Positions 47,385 to 57,079 of a DNA stretch of 64,000 bases are shown piece by piece (within the stretch, counting starts at the first letter, position 1; the number at the start of each line of letters is the position of its first letter). Both the position numbers and the translations under genes were made by a program. The DNA comes from Planctomycetota bacterium (GTDB taxonomy: Bacteria > Planctomycetota > SZUA-567 > H5-PLA8): NCBI GenBank assembly GCA_045863855.1, contig BTVV01000006.1, forward strand, positions 1-64,000, read 5' to 3'. The notes under the pieces were generated by a model. The model was not told the DNA's origin and ran no database searches. It was given only the letters and a program-made list of their open reading frames with translations.

Positions 47385-50300
47385 CTACTTCTCGTCTTCT
47401 TCCGCATCTTCGGAGAGCGCGCGGTAATACTGATCGACGAGCGTGCGGTATTCCTTCGGCGCCTGCTCGTCCTCTTCGGCGCGGATCTCGCGCGCTTTCA
47501 GCAAGCGCTCCACCCGGCCGTGCAGACCGCTACTGACTTGATCGAGCGCCTTCTTGGCGCGCTTGAGCGGCTCGCCGCCGCGTTCGGTTTCGGGCGTTTC
47601 TTGCGGCGGCCCGGGTTGCTTCGAAGCTTGCGCTTGCGCCTGCTGCAGTTCCTTCATCGCCTGCTGAAGCTGGCCCAACTCCGGTGCGCCGGGCTCCAGC
47701 CGCTCCAGTTTCGGTTCGAGCTTCTTCAGATCTTGCTCCAGCTTCTGTGCGGCTTCTTTGGCTTCCTTGGGCTGACCGGGTTCTTGGCCGGGCTCCGACT
47801 GCGGCTGGCCTTCCTTCGGATCCTGCGCCAGCTTCTTGGCCTGTTCGGCCGCTTGGCGCGCTTCCTGCTCCAGCGCCTGGAGCTTGGAAAGCGCATCGCC
47901 CGTCGCCTCGGCCTGGAACTGTTCGAGCTTCTGCTCGATCTTTTTCACCTTCTCGGCCAACTCCTGGCCCTGTTTGCCGGCTTGTTCCGGAGTCGGCGTG
48001 GGGCGGTCCTGGCGTTCGGCGGCCTTCTTGGGATCGCCGATCTGCTCCATCCCTTGCGCCAGCGCTTCCATGTTCTGCGGGAGTTTCTCTTCGGCCGAGA
48101 CGTCCTTGGCTTCCTGCGCCACCTGTGCGGCCGCGGGATTGGCTTCGCGCGCCAGCGCTTCCAAACCTTCGAGTTCCTTTTCGAGCCGCTTGGCGAGGCG
48201 CGCGGCTTGCTGCTGCTTGGCGGCGGCTTCGTCGCGCTTCTCGGCCGCTTCGCCGGCCAGCGGCTTTTCAGCGGCATCCTTGGGCAATTCGCCCGCCGTC
48301 GCGGCGGCTTGTTCCTGTTGCTCGCGCGTCTGCTTGGCCAGTTCCTGCGCGGCCTTGGCTTTTGCTTCCAGCGACTTCCCGGCGGCGCGTTCCAGCTCGC
48401 TCACCGCTCGCTTCAGCGCTTTCTCGGCATTCTCGGCCGCGGGTTTGGCGTTCTCGGTATCCTGTCCCGCCAGCTTGGCCGCGGCTTCGCGCGCCTGCTC
48501 GGCCGCCTGTTGCAACTGCTGGCTCGGACGTTCGCCGTTGCCTTGATTCTTCAGCGCTTCCAGATTCTTGGTCTGCTGCGCGAGCGACTCCGCGGCGTCG
48601 GCCACCTTCTGTTCTTGCTCGGCCAATTGGATCGGATCGCGCTTTTCGGCAAGGCCCTGGCCGACCTTTTCCTGCTGCTGAGTCAGTTGTTTCGTCTGCT
48701 CCAGCGCTTCGGCCAGCTTCGCCATGTCCGCGGCCTGCGTCTTATTCAGCGCATCCTGCACCGACCTCGCCATGGCATCCATGGCGCGAGCGGCCTTGCG
48801 CTGATCGTGCTCCGCCTGCTCCGCCGCGCCTTGCTTCAACGCCTGTTCGGCCTTCTCCGCCGATTCGCGGCCCGGCGCGCCCGCGGCGGCCTGTTGCTGC
48901 GCTTCCTTTAAGGACTCCGCGCCTTGCAGTCCTTCCCGTTTCGCGCGATCCGCCGCCTTTTGAAGCCGATCGGCCAGATCCTTCAAGTCCTGGCCGACTT
49001 CACCCTGCTTGCGCGCCATATGGCTCATCTGGGCCTGTGTCTGCTGCGATTCGCCTTGCGCGCCCGGTTGCTGGCCGGGTTGAGGCTGCTGGCCAGGTTG
49101 TGGCTGCTGTCCAGGTTGCGGTTGCTGTCCAGGCTGTGGTTGCTGACCGGGCTGTGGTTGCTGACCGGGCTGGGGTTGCTGACCGGGCTGGGGCTGTTGT
49201 CCTGGTTGAGGTTGCTGTCCGGGCTGGGGTTGTTCCCCCTGCTTCGGATCCTGCTTCTGCCCCGGCTGCGGCTGAGTGTCGCGCTGCATGTCCTGATTGG
49301 CCTGCGCGAGTTGCTGTTGGCGCTGGGCAAGTTCCTCCGCGTCGCGCTGCAGGTTCGCCATCTCTTTGCGAAGTTGCTGCTCCATCGCGTCGCGCGCAGC
49401 CTTCTTGGCTTGCTCCAGATTGCGTCCGGCCTGTTCGGCGTTCTGCTTGGCGTCCTGAGGCTTATTCTTTTCCAGATCCTTCTGCGCTTGCTCCAGCTTC
49501 TGCCCGGCCTCTTGAAGCTGATCGGCACTAGGCTGCAATTCTGGATTGCGGCGGGCCAGTTCGCGGAACTTTTCTTCGCGCGCCTTGGCTTCGTCGGCCA
49601 GCTTCTTGAGCGCGTCCTGCTGCTTGCGCGTCAGTTCGCGCTGCTCTTTCTCGCGCTTCTTTTCTTCTTCGGTGGGCGGCTGGCCCAGGTTGCGCGGCGG
49701 GGGCTGGTCGAGCTGCATTTTTTCCAGCCGCTCGATCTCGCGTTCGATCTCCTTCTCGCGCTCCAGCATCGGCGGCAGTTCGGCCATCTCTTCGCGCGCC
49801 TGCTGCTGGTCCTGCTGCTCCTGGCTCTGCTTTTTCTTGCGGTTCTTGCGCGACTGCTGGTTCATCGCAGACTTGAAGCGCGGGTCGCCTTCCTTGTCGG
49901 AAAGCAGCAACCGGCGCGTCTCGGAAAGATGGCGTAACGACTCCATCTCCGGCGGCACGGCCGGTTCGGGGCGGTTTCCGGTCAGTTCGTTCCCGGCCTC
50001 GGTCATCTTTTCCGAGGCCTGCTCCATATGCTTCAGTTCCTTCTCGCCGATCGGATTCGGCTGCGGCTGCGGGCCGGGCGGATGGCCGTCTGTGGCGCGC
50101 GGTTCTTCCTCGGCCGGCGCTTCGGCTTTGGCCAGTTCTTCTTTGATCGTGGCGGTCAGTTCGTCGAGCTTCTGCTTCAAGTCCAATTGCGCCTGAGCCG
50201 TCTTCAGTGCATCCTTCTTTTCCTGCTCGGCGCGCTTCTGGGCCGCTTCGGGATCGGGCTGCTTCGCGCCGGGCTCATCCAGCGTATTGCGCAGCCGCGC

Positions 50301-51989
50301 CATCGCGAACGTCTCTTTCAGCAGCTTCTTCTGCACTTCGATCAGCTTATCGAGCTGCCGCACCGACTCCGGCGTGGGCTGGTTTTGCGGCATGTCGGGG
50401 TTTTGCGGCGCGTCGTATTCTTCTTCGTCGTACACGGTCAGGAAATGAATATCGCTCTTGGCCACCTTAGGGCCGTTCAGCGTATCGTTGTCCAGCGCAT
50501 AGGCGTAATAGGCGAGCACCTCGCCGCCCTTCAGCCCAAGGCTGCCCATGTCCCACTTGAGCTTCCCCTCGGCCAGCGTCGGAGCCGGTTCGAAGCGCCG
50601 CACCATCTTCTTCTCTTCTTCCATGCCCAAGCTGTGGTAAATGCCCAGTTCGAGCAACCCCACGTCGTCGGTCCCTTCGATCTCCAGCTCGATGGTCTGC
50701 TCGCGGTGGATCATCAGGTCGCGCGCGGGCTTCTTGATCTTCACGCGCGGCTTCTGGTCTTCGAGCGCCTGGATGCGGTAGCTCGCGGCGCTGCGGTTCG
50801 AGCGACCTTTCGGATCCTCGACGCGGAGCTGGTAACGGTCGTCGCCGGTGACGGTGAAACTCAATTCGCCCTTGCGGCCCTCGATCTTCGCGAATTCCGC
50901 GCTGCGCCCCGATTCGAAGGTGGCTTCCGCGCCGGCCAAATGCGTATTCGCTTCGATCCGCACCGTCACCTGCGTGCCTTTTAAGGCACGCACTTCGCCC
51001 ATGCCCGCGGGCAGGACTTCGGGCGCCTTGCCGGTGTACGCGGGGTATTCGAGTTTCACGTCGAACTCGTCGATCTGCGGTTCCTGGTACACGTTCAGCG
51101 TGAACGGTTCGCTTTCGGCGTCGCCCGCCTTCACCATGCAGGTGACCGGTTCCAGCAGGCGGCGCAGCGTCACGTGGTACGCGCCGTCCTCGCCGCGTTC
51201 CATCAGGCGATGCTCCCACGGCGCTTCCGGATCGTCGCCCGTGCGCACCAGCAGCGTCGCTTCGTCGGGCCGGCGTCCCGATACTTCGACCGTGACCGGG
51301 ACGCTCGTCTCGACGGGGAACTCCCCGCCGGCCGGTTCGATGCGTTCGATCAGCGTCAACGTCGGAGCGGGCACCGCGGCGGTGGGCATCAGAAAACGCT
51401 GGAATGTGGCGCTGAAGAGGCGCGGGTTGATCGCTCCGTAAAGCCCTACGCCCGCGGCCACGACGAAAGCGGCCAGCAACGCCCAGCCGGCCGCCCGCCA
51501 GCGGACCGTGCGCCGGAAATCCAGCGGTTCGGCGCGGCGCTGCGCTTGTTCCAGCAGCGCGCCGACCAGCGCGGGACTTGAGGTGGCTTCCGCGAGCTTC
51601 GCGTCACGCCCGAACTCCAGCGCCGTCGAAAGCTGCGCTTCCAGTTCGGGGTAAGCGCCTTCCACTTCCCGCGCCACATGAACCGTGCCGCCCAGCTTTT
51701 TCCAGGGACGCACCACCACCCACGCCAGCACCGCGCCCACGCCGCCCAGCGTCAGCGCCAGCCAGAAGAGCCGCGAACCCACAGAGAGCTTGAAGAGGAC
51801 GTCGATCAGACTGAAGCCGAGGAACGCCGCCGCAAAGACCGCCAAGCCCAGCAAGGCGCCGGTCGCCAGGAACTTCATGCGATGACGCCGCCGCACGCCC
51901 TCCACGCGCCCCTCGATTTGCGCCCACGCATCCCGTGCGCGACCGGTGAGCTGCGGTTTGACGGGTGGCGGTTGAGTGGTCGTCGACAT
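47385..51989 (-). CDS. Giant membrane-anchored Ig-fold/coiled-coil protein (DUF4175-like)
   Basis: Three N-terminal TM helices, beta-sandwiches (YPAYTG, D..P.V.I..P, DDVGL, A.DND), Q/E/K-rich coiled coils, terminal P.EYR.LV.QYY.AL. Confidence 0.8.
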   Translation of the reverse strand: MSTTTQPPPVKPQLTGRARDAWAQIEGRVEGVRRRHRMKFLATGALLGLAVFAAAFLGFSLIDVLFKLSVGSRLFWLALTLGGVGAVLAWVVVRPWKKLGGTVHVAREVEGAYPELEAQLSTALEFGRDAKLAEATSSPALVGALLEQAQRRAEPLDFRRTVRWRAAGWALLAAFVVAAGVGLYGAINPRLFSATFQRFLMPTAAVPAPTLTLIERIEPAGGEFPVETSVPVTVEVSGRRPDEATLLVRTGDDPEAPWEHRLMERGEDGAYHVTLRRLLEPVTCMVKAGDAESEPFTLNVYQEPQIDEFDVKLEYPAYTGKAPEVLPAGMGEVRALKGTQVTVRIEANTHLAGAEATFESGRSAEFAKIEGRKGELSFTVTGDDRYQLRVEDPKGRSNRSAASYRIQALEDQKPRVKIKKPARDLMIHREQTIELEIEGTDDVGLLELGIYHSLGMEEEKKMVRRFEPAPTLAEGKLKWDMGSLGLKGGEVLAYYAYALDNDTLNGPKVAKSDIHFLTVYDEEEYDAPQNPDMPQNQPTPESVRQLDKLIEVQKKLLKETFAMARLRNTLDEPGAKQPDPEAAQKRAEQEKKDALKTAQAQLDLKQKLDELTATIKEELAKAEAPAEEEPRATDGHPPGPQPQPNPIGEKELKHMEQASEKMTEAGNELTGNRPEPAVPPEMESLRHLSETRRLLLSDKEGDPRFKSAMNQQSRKNRKKKQSQEQQDQQQAREEMAELPPMLEREKEIEREIERLEKMQLDQPPPRNLGQPPTEEEKKREKEQRELTRKQQDALKKLADEAKAREEKFRELARRNPELQPSADQLQEAGQKLEQAQKDLEKNKPQDAKQNAEQAGRNLEQAKKAARDAMEQQLRKEMANLQRDAEELAQRQQQLAQANQDMQRDTQPQPGQKQDPKQGEQPQPGQQPQPGQQPQPGQQPQPGQQPQPGQQPQPGQQPQPGQQPQPGQQPQPGQQPGAQGESQQTQAQMSHMARKQGEVGQDLKDLADRLQKAADRAKREGLQGAESLKEAQQQAAAGAPGRESAEKAEQALKQGAAEQAEHDQRKAARAMDAMARSVQDALNKTQAADMAKLAEALEQTKQLTQQQEKVGQGLAEKRDPIQLAEQEQKVADAAESLAQQTKNLEALKNQGNGERPSQQLQQAAEQAREAAAKLAGQDTENAKPAAENAEKALKRAVSELERAAGKSLEAKAKAAQELAKQTREQQEQAAATAGELPKDAAEKPLAGEAAEKRDEAAAKQQQAARLAKRLEKELEGLEALAREANPAAAQVAQEAKDVSAEEKLPQNMEALAQGMEQIGDPKKAAERQDRPTPTPEQAGKQGQELAEKVKKIEQKLEQFQAEATGDALSKLQALEQEARQAAEQAKKLAQDPKEGQPQSEPGQEPGQPKEAKEAAQKLEQDLKKLEPKLERLEPGAPELGQLQQAMKELQQAQAQASKQPGPPQETPETERGGEPLKRAKKALDQVSSGLHGRVERLLKAREIRAEEDEQAPKEYRTLVDQYYRALSEDAEEDEK
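49071..49232 (-). repeat. Nine tandem 18-nt coding repeats, (QPQPGQ)x9
   Basis: Units such as CTGACCGGGCTGTGGTTG on the + strand; differences between units are synonymous. Confidence 0.95.
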
Positions 51990-52021
51990 GCCGTTACTCC
52001 TTCGCGGGCATCGGTCTTAGG

Positions 52022-52105
52022 CACCGCAGAGAACGCTGAGCGCGCAGAGATTCTCGAGGGCTCATGCGCCAAGGTACCTCAGCGCGTTCCGCGTTCGCGG
52101 CGGTG
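52022..52105. repeat. REP-like imperfect inverted repeat, 28-bp arms
   Basis: CACCGCAGAGAACGCTGAGCGCGCAGAG (52022-52049) and CTCAGCGCGTTCCGCGTTCGCGGCGGTG (52078-52105); 23/28 complementary. Confidence 0.75.
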
Positions 52106-52114
52106 AACTCAAGC

Positions 52115-54313
52115 TTAGTCTCCCCAGAAGTCACGCAACGCTACTTCCAACAGCAGGCAGGCCAGCGCGGCCACCAGCAAGTAGCGCCAATCGGGTGCTT
52201 GAGCTTTCAGTTCCTCGTCGGCCTGGAGGGCCAGCTTCGGGCCCTCATCCGGATCTTCTTCCTTAAGGTTGGACGCATAAAGGGCTTGTATGGCGGCTAA
52301 ATCCTCGGCTTTCAGTTCACTTTCCGCCGGGTCCAGATTGACCGCCCACTGCGCTTGTTCAGCCAATTGCCCGGGCTGATAGGTGGCCGTGTAAAGACCT
52401 ACCGTGTCTGTAGTTAGATGGTCGGATCCGGTCAAATCCAGGGTGTCGTTGTGCGGCGCGGGACGGGCCAGGCGAACGGTCGTCTGCGGTTGGAGGGCCA
52501 AGCCCGCCAAAGTCAGGTCTTCGCCCACCGTCAGTTGCCGCTGCGCCCCTTGCTCGATTCCAGACAGATGCTTTACGATCTGGTGCATCAGCGGGACGAA
52601 AACGGTCCGCTTGGGCAGGTCGGTATCCTTCTCCGGACGCGGCAGGAAGCTGAACATCAGCACGCGCCCCAAGCCGAAGGGGCGTTCGACGGTCATGGGA
52701 CTCCCGTCGCTGAACGTCGCCAGCACCTGCCCCGGTGGGCGCTCGCCGGCCGACAAGTCCTTCGGGTCGGGCTTGAAGTGACGCAGGAACTTGGGCCGCC
52801 GCAGTTCCTGCTCGATTTCGCCCTTAAACGGTGCAAAGAGCGGGTGGTCCACCGCGAACGTATCCAGCGAACTGAAGCGCGCTTCTACCAGATTGCCTTC
52901 GAAGCGTTCTCCCGGCCGCGCGGGCAGCAGCCCCTTACCTTCTTTCCAAAACGGTCCGTTGTAGAAGCCCGTGGCCAGCGTGCCGTCGCTGCGGCCCAGG
53001 AAGAGCACCAGATTCAGCCCGGCTTGAACCGCTTGCTCCAAGGTGGCCAGCGTTGCGGCCGGCAATTCGGTGACGCCGACCAGGAAGAGCACGTCGGCGC
53101 CTTTCAGCACGGCCGGAGTCAGATCCCGCGCGGCGACGGTATCGACGCGTACGGCTCCGGGGGGAACCTCCTTGGGCGCTTCGCCTCCGCGCGGGCGCGG
53201 ATCCAGCGCCATGCGCACGTAGTACGACTCGTCGAGCCACGCGCCGGATTCGCGCAACCGGTCTTCGGCGATCACCGCCCGGATACTGTCGCGCAGATGC
53301 AGTGCGAAGAAACGCCGGTCGTCGTCGGGCAGCACGTCGCGCCCGTCGATCTCCACCCGCCCGTGCACCGGGCCTGCTTTGGGGAATAGCGCGGTGAGTT
53401 CGATGTCGCGCGCATCCCGCGGACCCAGCCCCACAGTCCGCTGCGCGAGAATCTTGTCGCCGCTCAACAGCCGCACTGCCAACGCCGAGGCTTCTCCGTC
53501 GCCGTGGTTGCTGAGGCGCACGGCGAACCGGACCGGCCGGCCCTCCAACCATACGTCGCTCTTGGCCCGTACTTCGTCGAGGCTCAAGTTGTTCAGTTTG
53601 CCTGGGACTTTGCCGTCCGCGTGCGGCGGCCGGATCTCGATCTGGACCGGACGCGGCATGGTGACCGCGCGCTGGCCGGTTTCGGCCAGCGCCGTACGGT
53701 CCATCTGATTGAGCTGCAAGTCGCTGATCAGAAGCACCCGCCGCCGCGGCGCGGCGCTGTCGGCGAGCAAATCGAGCGCCGTCTGCAGCGCTTGAGCCGG
53801 ATCGCCGCGCACGAAACCGGGACGCGTGCGTTTGGCCAGCGCTTCCTTGGTGGCCTCGAAATTTCGCGCCAGTTCCACCTCCGGCCGTCCCGGATCGCCC
53901 GTCAGTACAAGCCCCAAGCGTTCCAGGTTCTTCGCGGATGCCGCGACCAGCGCCTGATCGACCGCCATCTGCCAGCGCGTGGTCGAACCGTCCTGCGCGG
54001 CCATGCTGGGCGAGTCGTCCAGCACCAGCACCAAGTCCTCGCGCAATTCGCCTGAAGGACCGGCCAGCACGGCGCCCGCCCGGTACGGCCTCGCAAAGGC
54101 CAGTGCGATCAGGATGCAGGCCGCGCAGCGCAACAGCAGCAGCAGCAAATCGCGCAGCCGCAAGCGGCGCGTCTCGCGCAGGACCGATTCGCGCAAGAAG
54201 CGCAGCGACGAGAAGACCAGCGTGCGCTTGCGAAGCTTGAAGATGAGGTGAATCACCACCGGGAGGGCGAAGGTGGCGGTGCCGGCTAGGAAGAGCGCGT
54301 TCAAGAAGCCCAT
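52115..54313 (-). CDS. BatA domain plus VWA domain membrane protein
   Basis: FLN..FL.G.....PV.IHL, FSSLRFL, LLLLLR...ARP (BatA); LDDSPSM MIDAS; LISDLQ; AVN.DP.ES.L; C-terminal TM. Confidence 0.9.
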   Translation of the reverse strand: MGFLNALFLAGTATFALPVVIHLIFKLRKRTLVFSSLRFLRESVLRETRRLRLRDLLLLLLRCAACILIALAFARPYRAGAVLAGPSGELREDLVLVLDDSPSMAAQDGSTTRWQMAVDQALVAASAKNLERLGLVLTGDPGRPEVELARNFEATKEALAKRTRPGFVRGDPAQALQTALDLLADSAAPRRRVLLISDLQLNQMDRTALAETGQRAVTMPRPVQIEIRPPHADGKVPGKLNNLSLDEVRAKSDVWLEGRPVRFAVRLSNHGDGEASALAVRLLSGDKILAQRTVGLGPRDARDIELTALFPKAGPVHGRVEIDGRDVLPDDDRRFFALHLRDSIRAVIAEDRLRESGAWLDESYYVRMALDPRPRGGEAPKEVPPGAVRVDTVAARDLTPAVLKGADVLFLVGVTELPAATLATLEQAVQAGLNLVLFLGRSDGTLATGFYNGPFWKEGKGLLPARPGERFEGNLVEARFSSLDTFAVDHPLFAPFKGEIEQELRRPKFLRHFKPDPKDLSAGERPPGQVLATFSDGSPMTVERPFGLGRVLMFSFLPRPEKDTDLPKRTVFVPLMHQIVKHLSGIEQGAQRQLTVGEDLTLAGLALQPQTTVRLARPAPHNDTLDLTGSDHLTTDTVGLYTATYQPGQLAEQAQWAVNLDPAESELKAEDLAAIQALYASNLKEEDPDEGPKLALQADEELKAQAPDWRYLLVAALACLLLEVALRDFWGD

Positions 54314-54416
54314 GCGAGCTTTAGTCTAGCGGAGCCCGCGCGGGGCGAAAGGCCAAGCCAGGGAAGAAGCAGACCTGGGTATACTTCCAGGAACGGGGGA
54401 TGCAGGCTGGCTTACG

Positions 54417-54842
54417 CTACGCGTCGCGGTCTTCGAGCGGCATCGCCTGCGGCTCGATGTTGCCGATATCGCGCCCTTCGGCGGCGGCCTTCTTCTTCTC
54501 GTTCCAGCGCTTGACCCAGTTCTCCCAGCTCCGCCCGGCCGCCGGATCGACGCCTGTGAAGGCGACGCCCGCGATCTGCTTGTAGGGAATGGTCTGCTGA
54601 TCGTCCTGGCCGCGCGGAATGAACTCGATATAGGGCTCCGGGGCGCCCGCTTCCCGATTGAACACAAATCCCACGCGCTCCTCGCCGCCCACGAGGATCA
54701 GCGTCACGTCGCCGCGGTAGTCGAAGGCTTCTTCGAGCACCAGGCGCTTATCGGCCTCGGTCTCGATCTTCGGCGTCCACTTTTCGAGCGTCTTGCGGCT
54801 CTTGATCTCTTCGTGGATCGTGCTGTGCTTTTCCTGCGGCAT
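54417..54842 (-). CDS. Hypothetical protein, possible small beta-barrel
   Basis: SD AGGAG; LEEAFDYRGDVTL, GFVFNR, FTGVDPAAGRSWENWVKRW. Confidence 0.7.
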   Translation of the reverse strand: MPQEKHSTIHEEIKSRKTLEKWTPKIETEADKRLVLEEAFDYRGDVTLILVGGEERVGFVFNREAGAPEPYIEFIPRGQDDQQTIPYKQIAGVAFTGVDPAAGRSWENWVKRWNEKKKAAAEGRDIGNIEPQAMPLEDRDA

Positions 54843-54866
54843 GGCGGACTCCTTGGCGCATCAACA

Positions 54867-54902
54867 ACAAGAAGGGGCGCTCAATGGCGCCCCGGCTCTT
54901 GT
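54867..54902 (-). terminator. Probable terminator after hpnH
   Basis: GGGGCGC/GCGCCCC stem (54874-54893) followed by TTCTTGTT on the minus strand. Confidence 0.5.
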
Positions 54903-54922
54903 GCGTATTCTCGATTCACGGC

Positions 54923-56044
54923 TCAGTCCGCGGCGGCGGCGCTGATCGGTTCCGGCTGTTCGAGCTTGCGTGGCTTGTTGGGCCGGTTCGCCGGCACGTG
55001 CATCGGCTTCTCGTACGTCCCGACACTCTTGCCCGATAGCACGAACCATGCCGTGCGCGCAAAGCCGCGCAGGCTGCCGAAGGTGTAATCCACGCTGGTC
55101 GGTTCGTAGCCGCAGTGAACCATGCAGTCCTTGCACTTCTCGTTTCCGCTGCGCCGCCCGTAAGCGTCCCAGTCGGTCGTCTCCATCAGCTCCTTGAAGG
55201 TCTTGGTGTAGCCTTCCTGAAGCAAATAGCAGGGCTTCTGCCAGCCGAACATGTTGTACGTCACGTTGCCCCAAGGCGTGCACTCAAGGTCGATGTAGCC
55301 CATCAGGAAGTCCAGGAAGAGCGGCGACTGGTTGAAGACCCAGGAACGCTTCTTGTTCTGGAACATCTTACGGAACATCTCGTTGCTCTTCTGGCGCTTG
55401 AGGAAATGTTCCTGGTCGGGCGCCTTCTGGTAGCTGTAGCCGGGCGAGACCATCATGCCCTCGACGCCCAGTTCCATCATCTCGTCGAAGAAGCGGCGGT
55501 ACTTCTCGGGTTCGGCGCCGTCGAAGAGCGTCGTGTTCGTCGTCACGCGGAAGCCGCGCTTGATCGCCTCGCGAATCGCTTCCGTGGCCTTCGCGTAGGT
55601 GCCTTCGCGGCAGACCGCGAAGTCGTGCTCGTCGCGCGCGCCGTCCATATGAATGCTGAACGTGAGGTACTTGCTCGGCGTAAAGACGCCCTGCTCGAGC
55701 CGCTCTTTCAGCAGGATCGCGTTGGTGCAGAGGTAGATGTACTTCTTGCGCTCGACCAGCCCCTTCACGATCTCGCCGATCTGCGAATGCATCAACGGCT
55801 CGCCGCCGGGGATGCTGACCATCGGCGTGTCGCACTCGTCGACGGCTTTGAAGCATTGCTCGGGCGAGAGTTCCTTGCGCAGAATGTGGCCGGGATACTG
55901 GATCTTCCCGCAGCCCGCGCAAGCCAGATTGCACCGGAACAACGGCTCCAGCATCAGCACCAACGGGTAGCGCTTGATGCCTTTAAGCTTCTGCTTGATG
56001 ACGTAAGACGCCACCGTAGCCATCTGCGAAACAGGAACGCCCAT
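54923..56044 (-). CDS. hpnH: Adenosyl-hopene transferase, radical SAM
   Basis: YPLVLMLEPLFRCNLACAGCGKI, VSIPGGEPL, CTPWGN.TYN.FGWQKPCYL, C..CMVHCGYEPT. Confidence 0.95.
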   Translation of the reverse strand: MGVPVSQMATVASYVIKQKLKGIKRYPLVLMLEPLFRCNLACAGCGKIQYPGHILRKELSPEQCFKAVDECDTPMVSIPGGEPLMHSQIGEIVKGLVERKKYIYLCTNAILLKERLEQGVFTPSKYLTFSIHMDGARDEHDFAVCREGTYAKATEAIREAIKRGFRVTTNTTLFDGAEPEKYRRFFDEMMELGVEGMMVSPGYSYQKAPDQEHFLKRQKSNEMFRKMFQNKKRSWVFNQSPLFLDFLMGYIDLECTPWGNVTYNMFGWQKPCYLLQEGYTKTFKELMETTDWDAYGRRSGNEKCKDCMVHCGYEPTSVDYTFGSLRGFARTAWFVLSGKSVGTYEKPMHVPANRPNKPRKLEQPEPISAAAAD

Positions 56045-56191
56045 GGAGCGAAATCTCCCCGGACCTGCACCAGTGCGGTTTAGTGACCCAAGCTAGGTTT
56101 GTTAAGCTAACCGGACTGAGTCGGAGTTCAACCCTGTACCCCACCATTCCACGTTGTGCATCTAAAGCCTTTGAAAAAGTGAATTTAACCC

Positions 56192-56236
56192 TTGCGCCTG
56201 ATGATACCCAAAGCTATCATTTAACCATATGGTTAA
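56192..56236 (+). promoter_or_regulatory. Promoter plus perfect 16-bp operator palindrome overlapping the ArsR start codon
   Basis: TTGCGC (56192-97), 17 nt, TATCAT (56215-20); TTAACCATATGGTTAA (56221-36). Confidence 0.75.
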
Positions 56237-56651
56237 TAATTCAGAACTCGTTTTGGATGCAACCTTTGCGGCGCTCGCCGATCCCACCCGTCGAGCCATT
56301 TTGACTCGCTTGGCAGAAGGGGAGACGTCCGTCGGCGAACTGGCCGCGCCGTTTGAAATCAGCTTACCGGCGATCAGCAAGCACCTTCGGGTGCTCGAGC
56401 GGGCCGGACTTCTGAAGCAGGAAAAGGACGGCCGGCTGCGGCGTTGCAAGCTGGAAGCTCAGCCCCTGCGGGATGCACAGGTCTGGATCGAGCGCTACCG
56501 GATGTTCTGGGAAGGGCAGTTGGACCAACTGGCCGCTTATCTGGCCAAGCAAGCGGAAGCGCTGCCAACGCAGCAACCTCTAGCGGAGCGAACCCCCGAT
56601 GGAACTGCTCAAGCCGGACCGTCAGACCCTGATTCTGCGCCGAACCATTAA
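56229..56651 (+). CDS. ArsR/SmtB family regulator (SRPBCC-associated type)
   Basis: LDATFAALADPTRRAIL, SLPAISKHLRVLE.AGL, W...Y..FW...LD.L. Confidence 0.93.
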   Translation: MVNNSELVLDATFAALADPTRRAILTRLAEGETSVGELAAPFEISLPAISKHLRVLERAGLLKQEKDGRLRRCKLEAQPLRDAQVWIERYRMFWEGQLDQLAAYLAKQAEALPTQQPLAERTPDGTAQAGPSDPDSAPNH

Positions 56652-57048
56652 AGCGCCTCGCAAGCAGGTGTACGCGGCGTGGACGCAGCCCGAGCACCTG
56701 CTGCGGTGGTGGGGTGCGGGCCCTGAATACGAACCGGTAATCGCCGAACTGGAGTTGAAGCCTGGAGGCGCGTATCGCTTCGGTATGCGGCATAAAACGA
56801 AAGGCGTTCGGCATATTGCCACGGGCATCTTTAAAGAGATCGTGCCCGACACCAAGCTCGTCTTGACCTGGACCTGGGAGGGCAAGGCTCAGATCGACAC
56901 GCAGGTCACCATCGAATTCCAAGACGCGCCCGGCGGCACGTTGCTGACGCTGACCCACACCGGTTTCCCGGCCGAACCGATGCGCGACGATCACGGCCAA
57001 GGCTGGAGCGGCGCTATGGAGAACCTGGCGCGCGCTTGCGAACGCTGA
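56599..57048 (+). CDS. SRPBCC (AHSA1/START-like) domain protein
   Basis: R.IKAP...VYAAWT.PE.L..WWG, L.PGG.YR, LV.TW.W, T.LTLTH, H..GW. Confidence 0.9.
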   Translation: MELLKPDRQTLILRRTIKAPRKQVYAAWTQPEHLLRWWGAGPEYEPVIAELELKPGGAYRFGMRHKTKGVRHIATGIFKEIVPDTKLVLTWTWEGKAQIDTQVTIEFQDAPGGTLLTLTHTGFPAEPMRDDHGQGWSGAMENLARACER

Positions 57049-57079
57049 AACTCGAACGTTACGCGAAAGGACGATACGC

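Noticed and set aside
49071..49232. Tandem repeat as possible CRISPR array
   Set aside because: No spacers; in-frame coding repeat.
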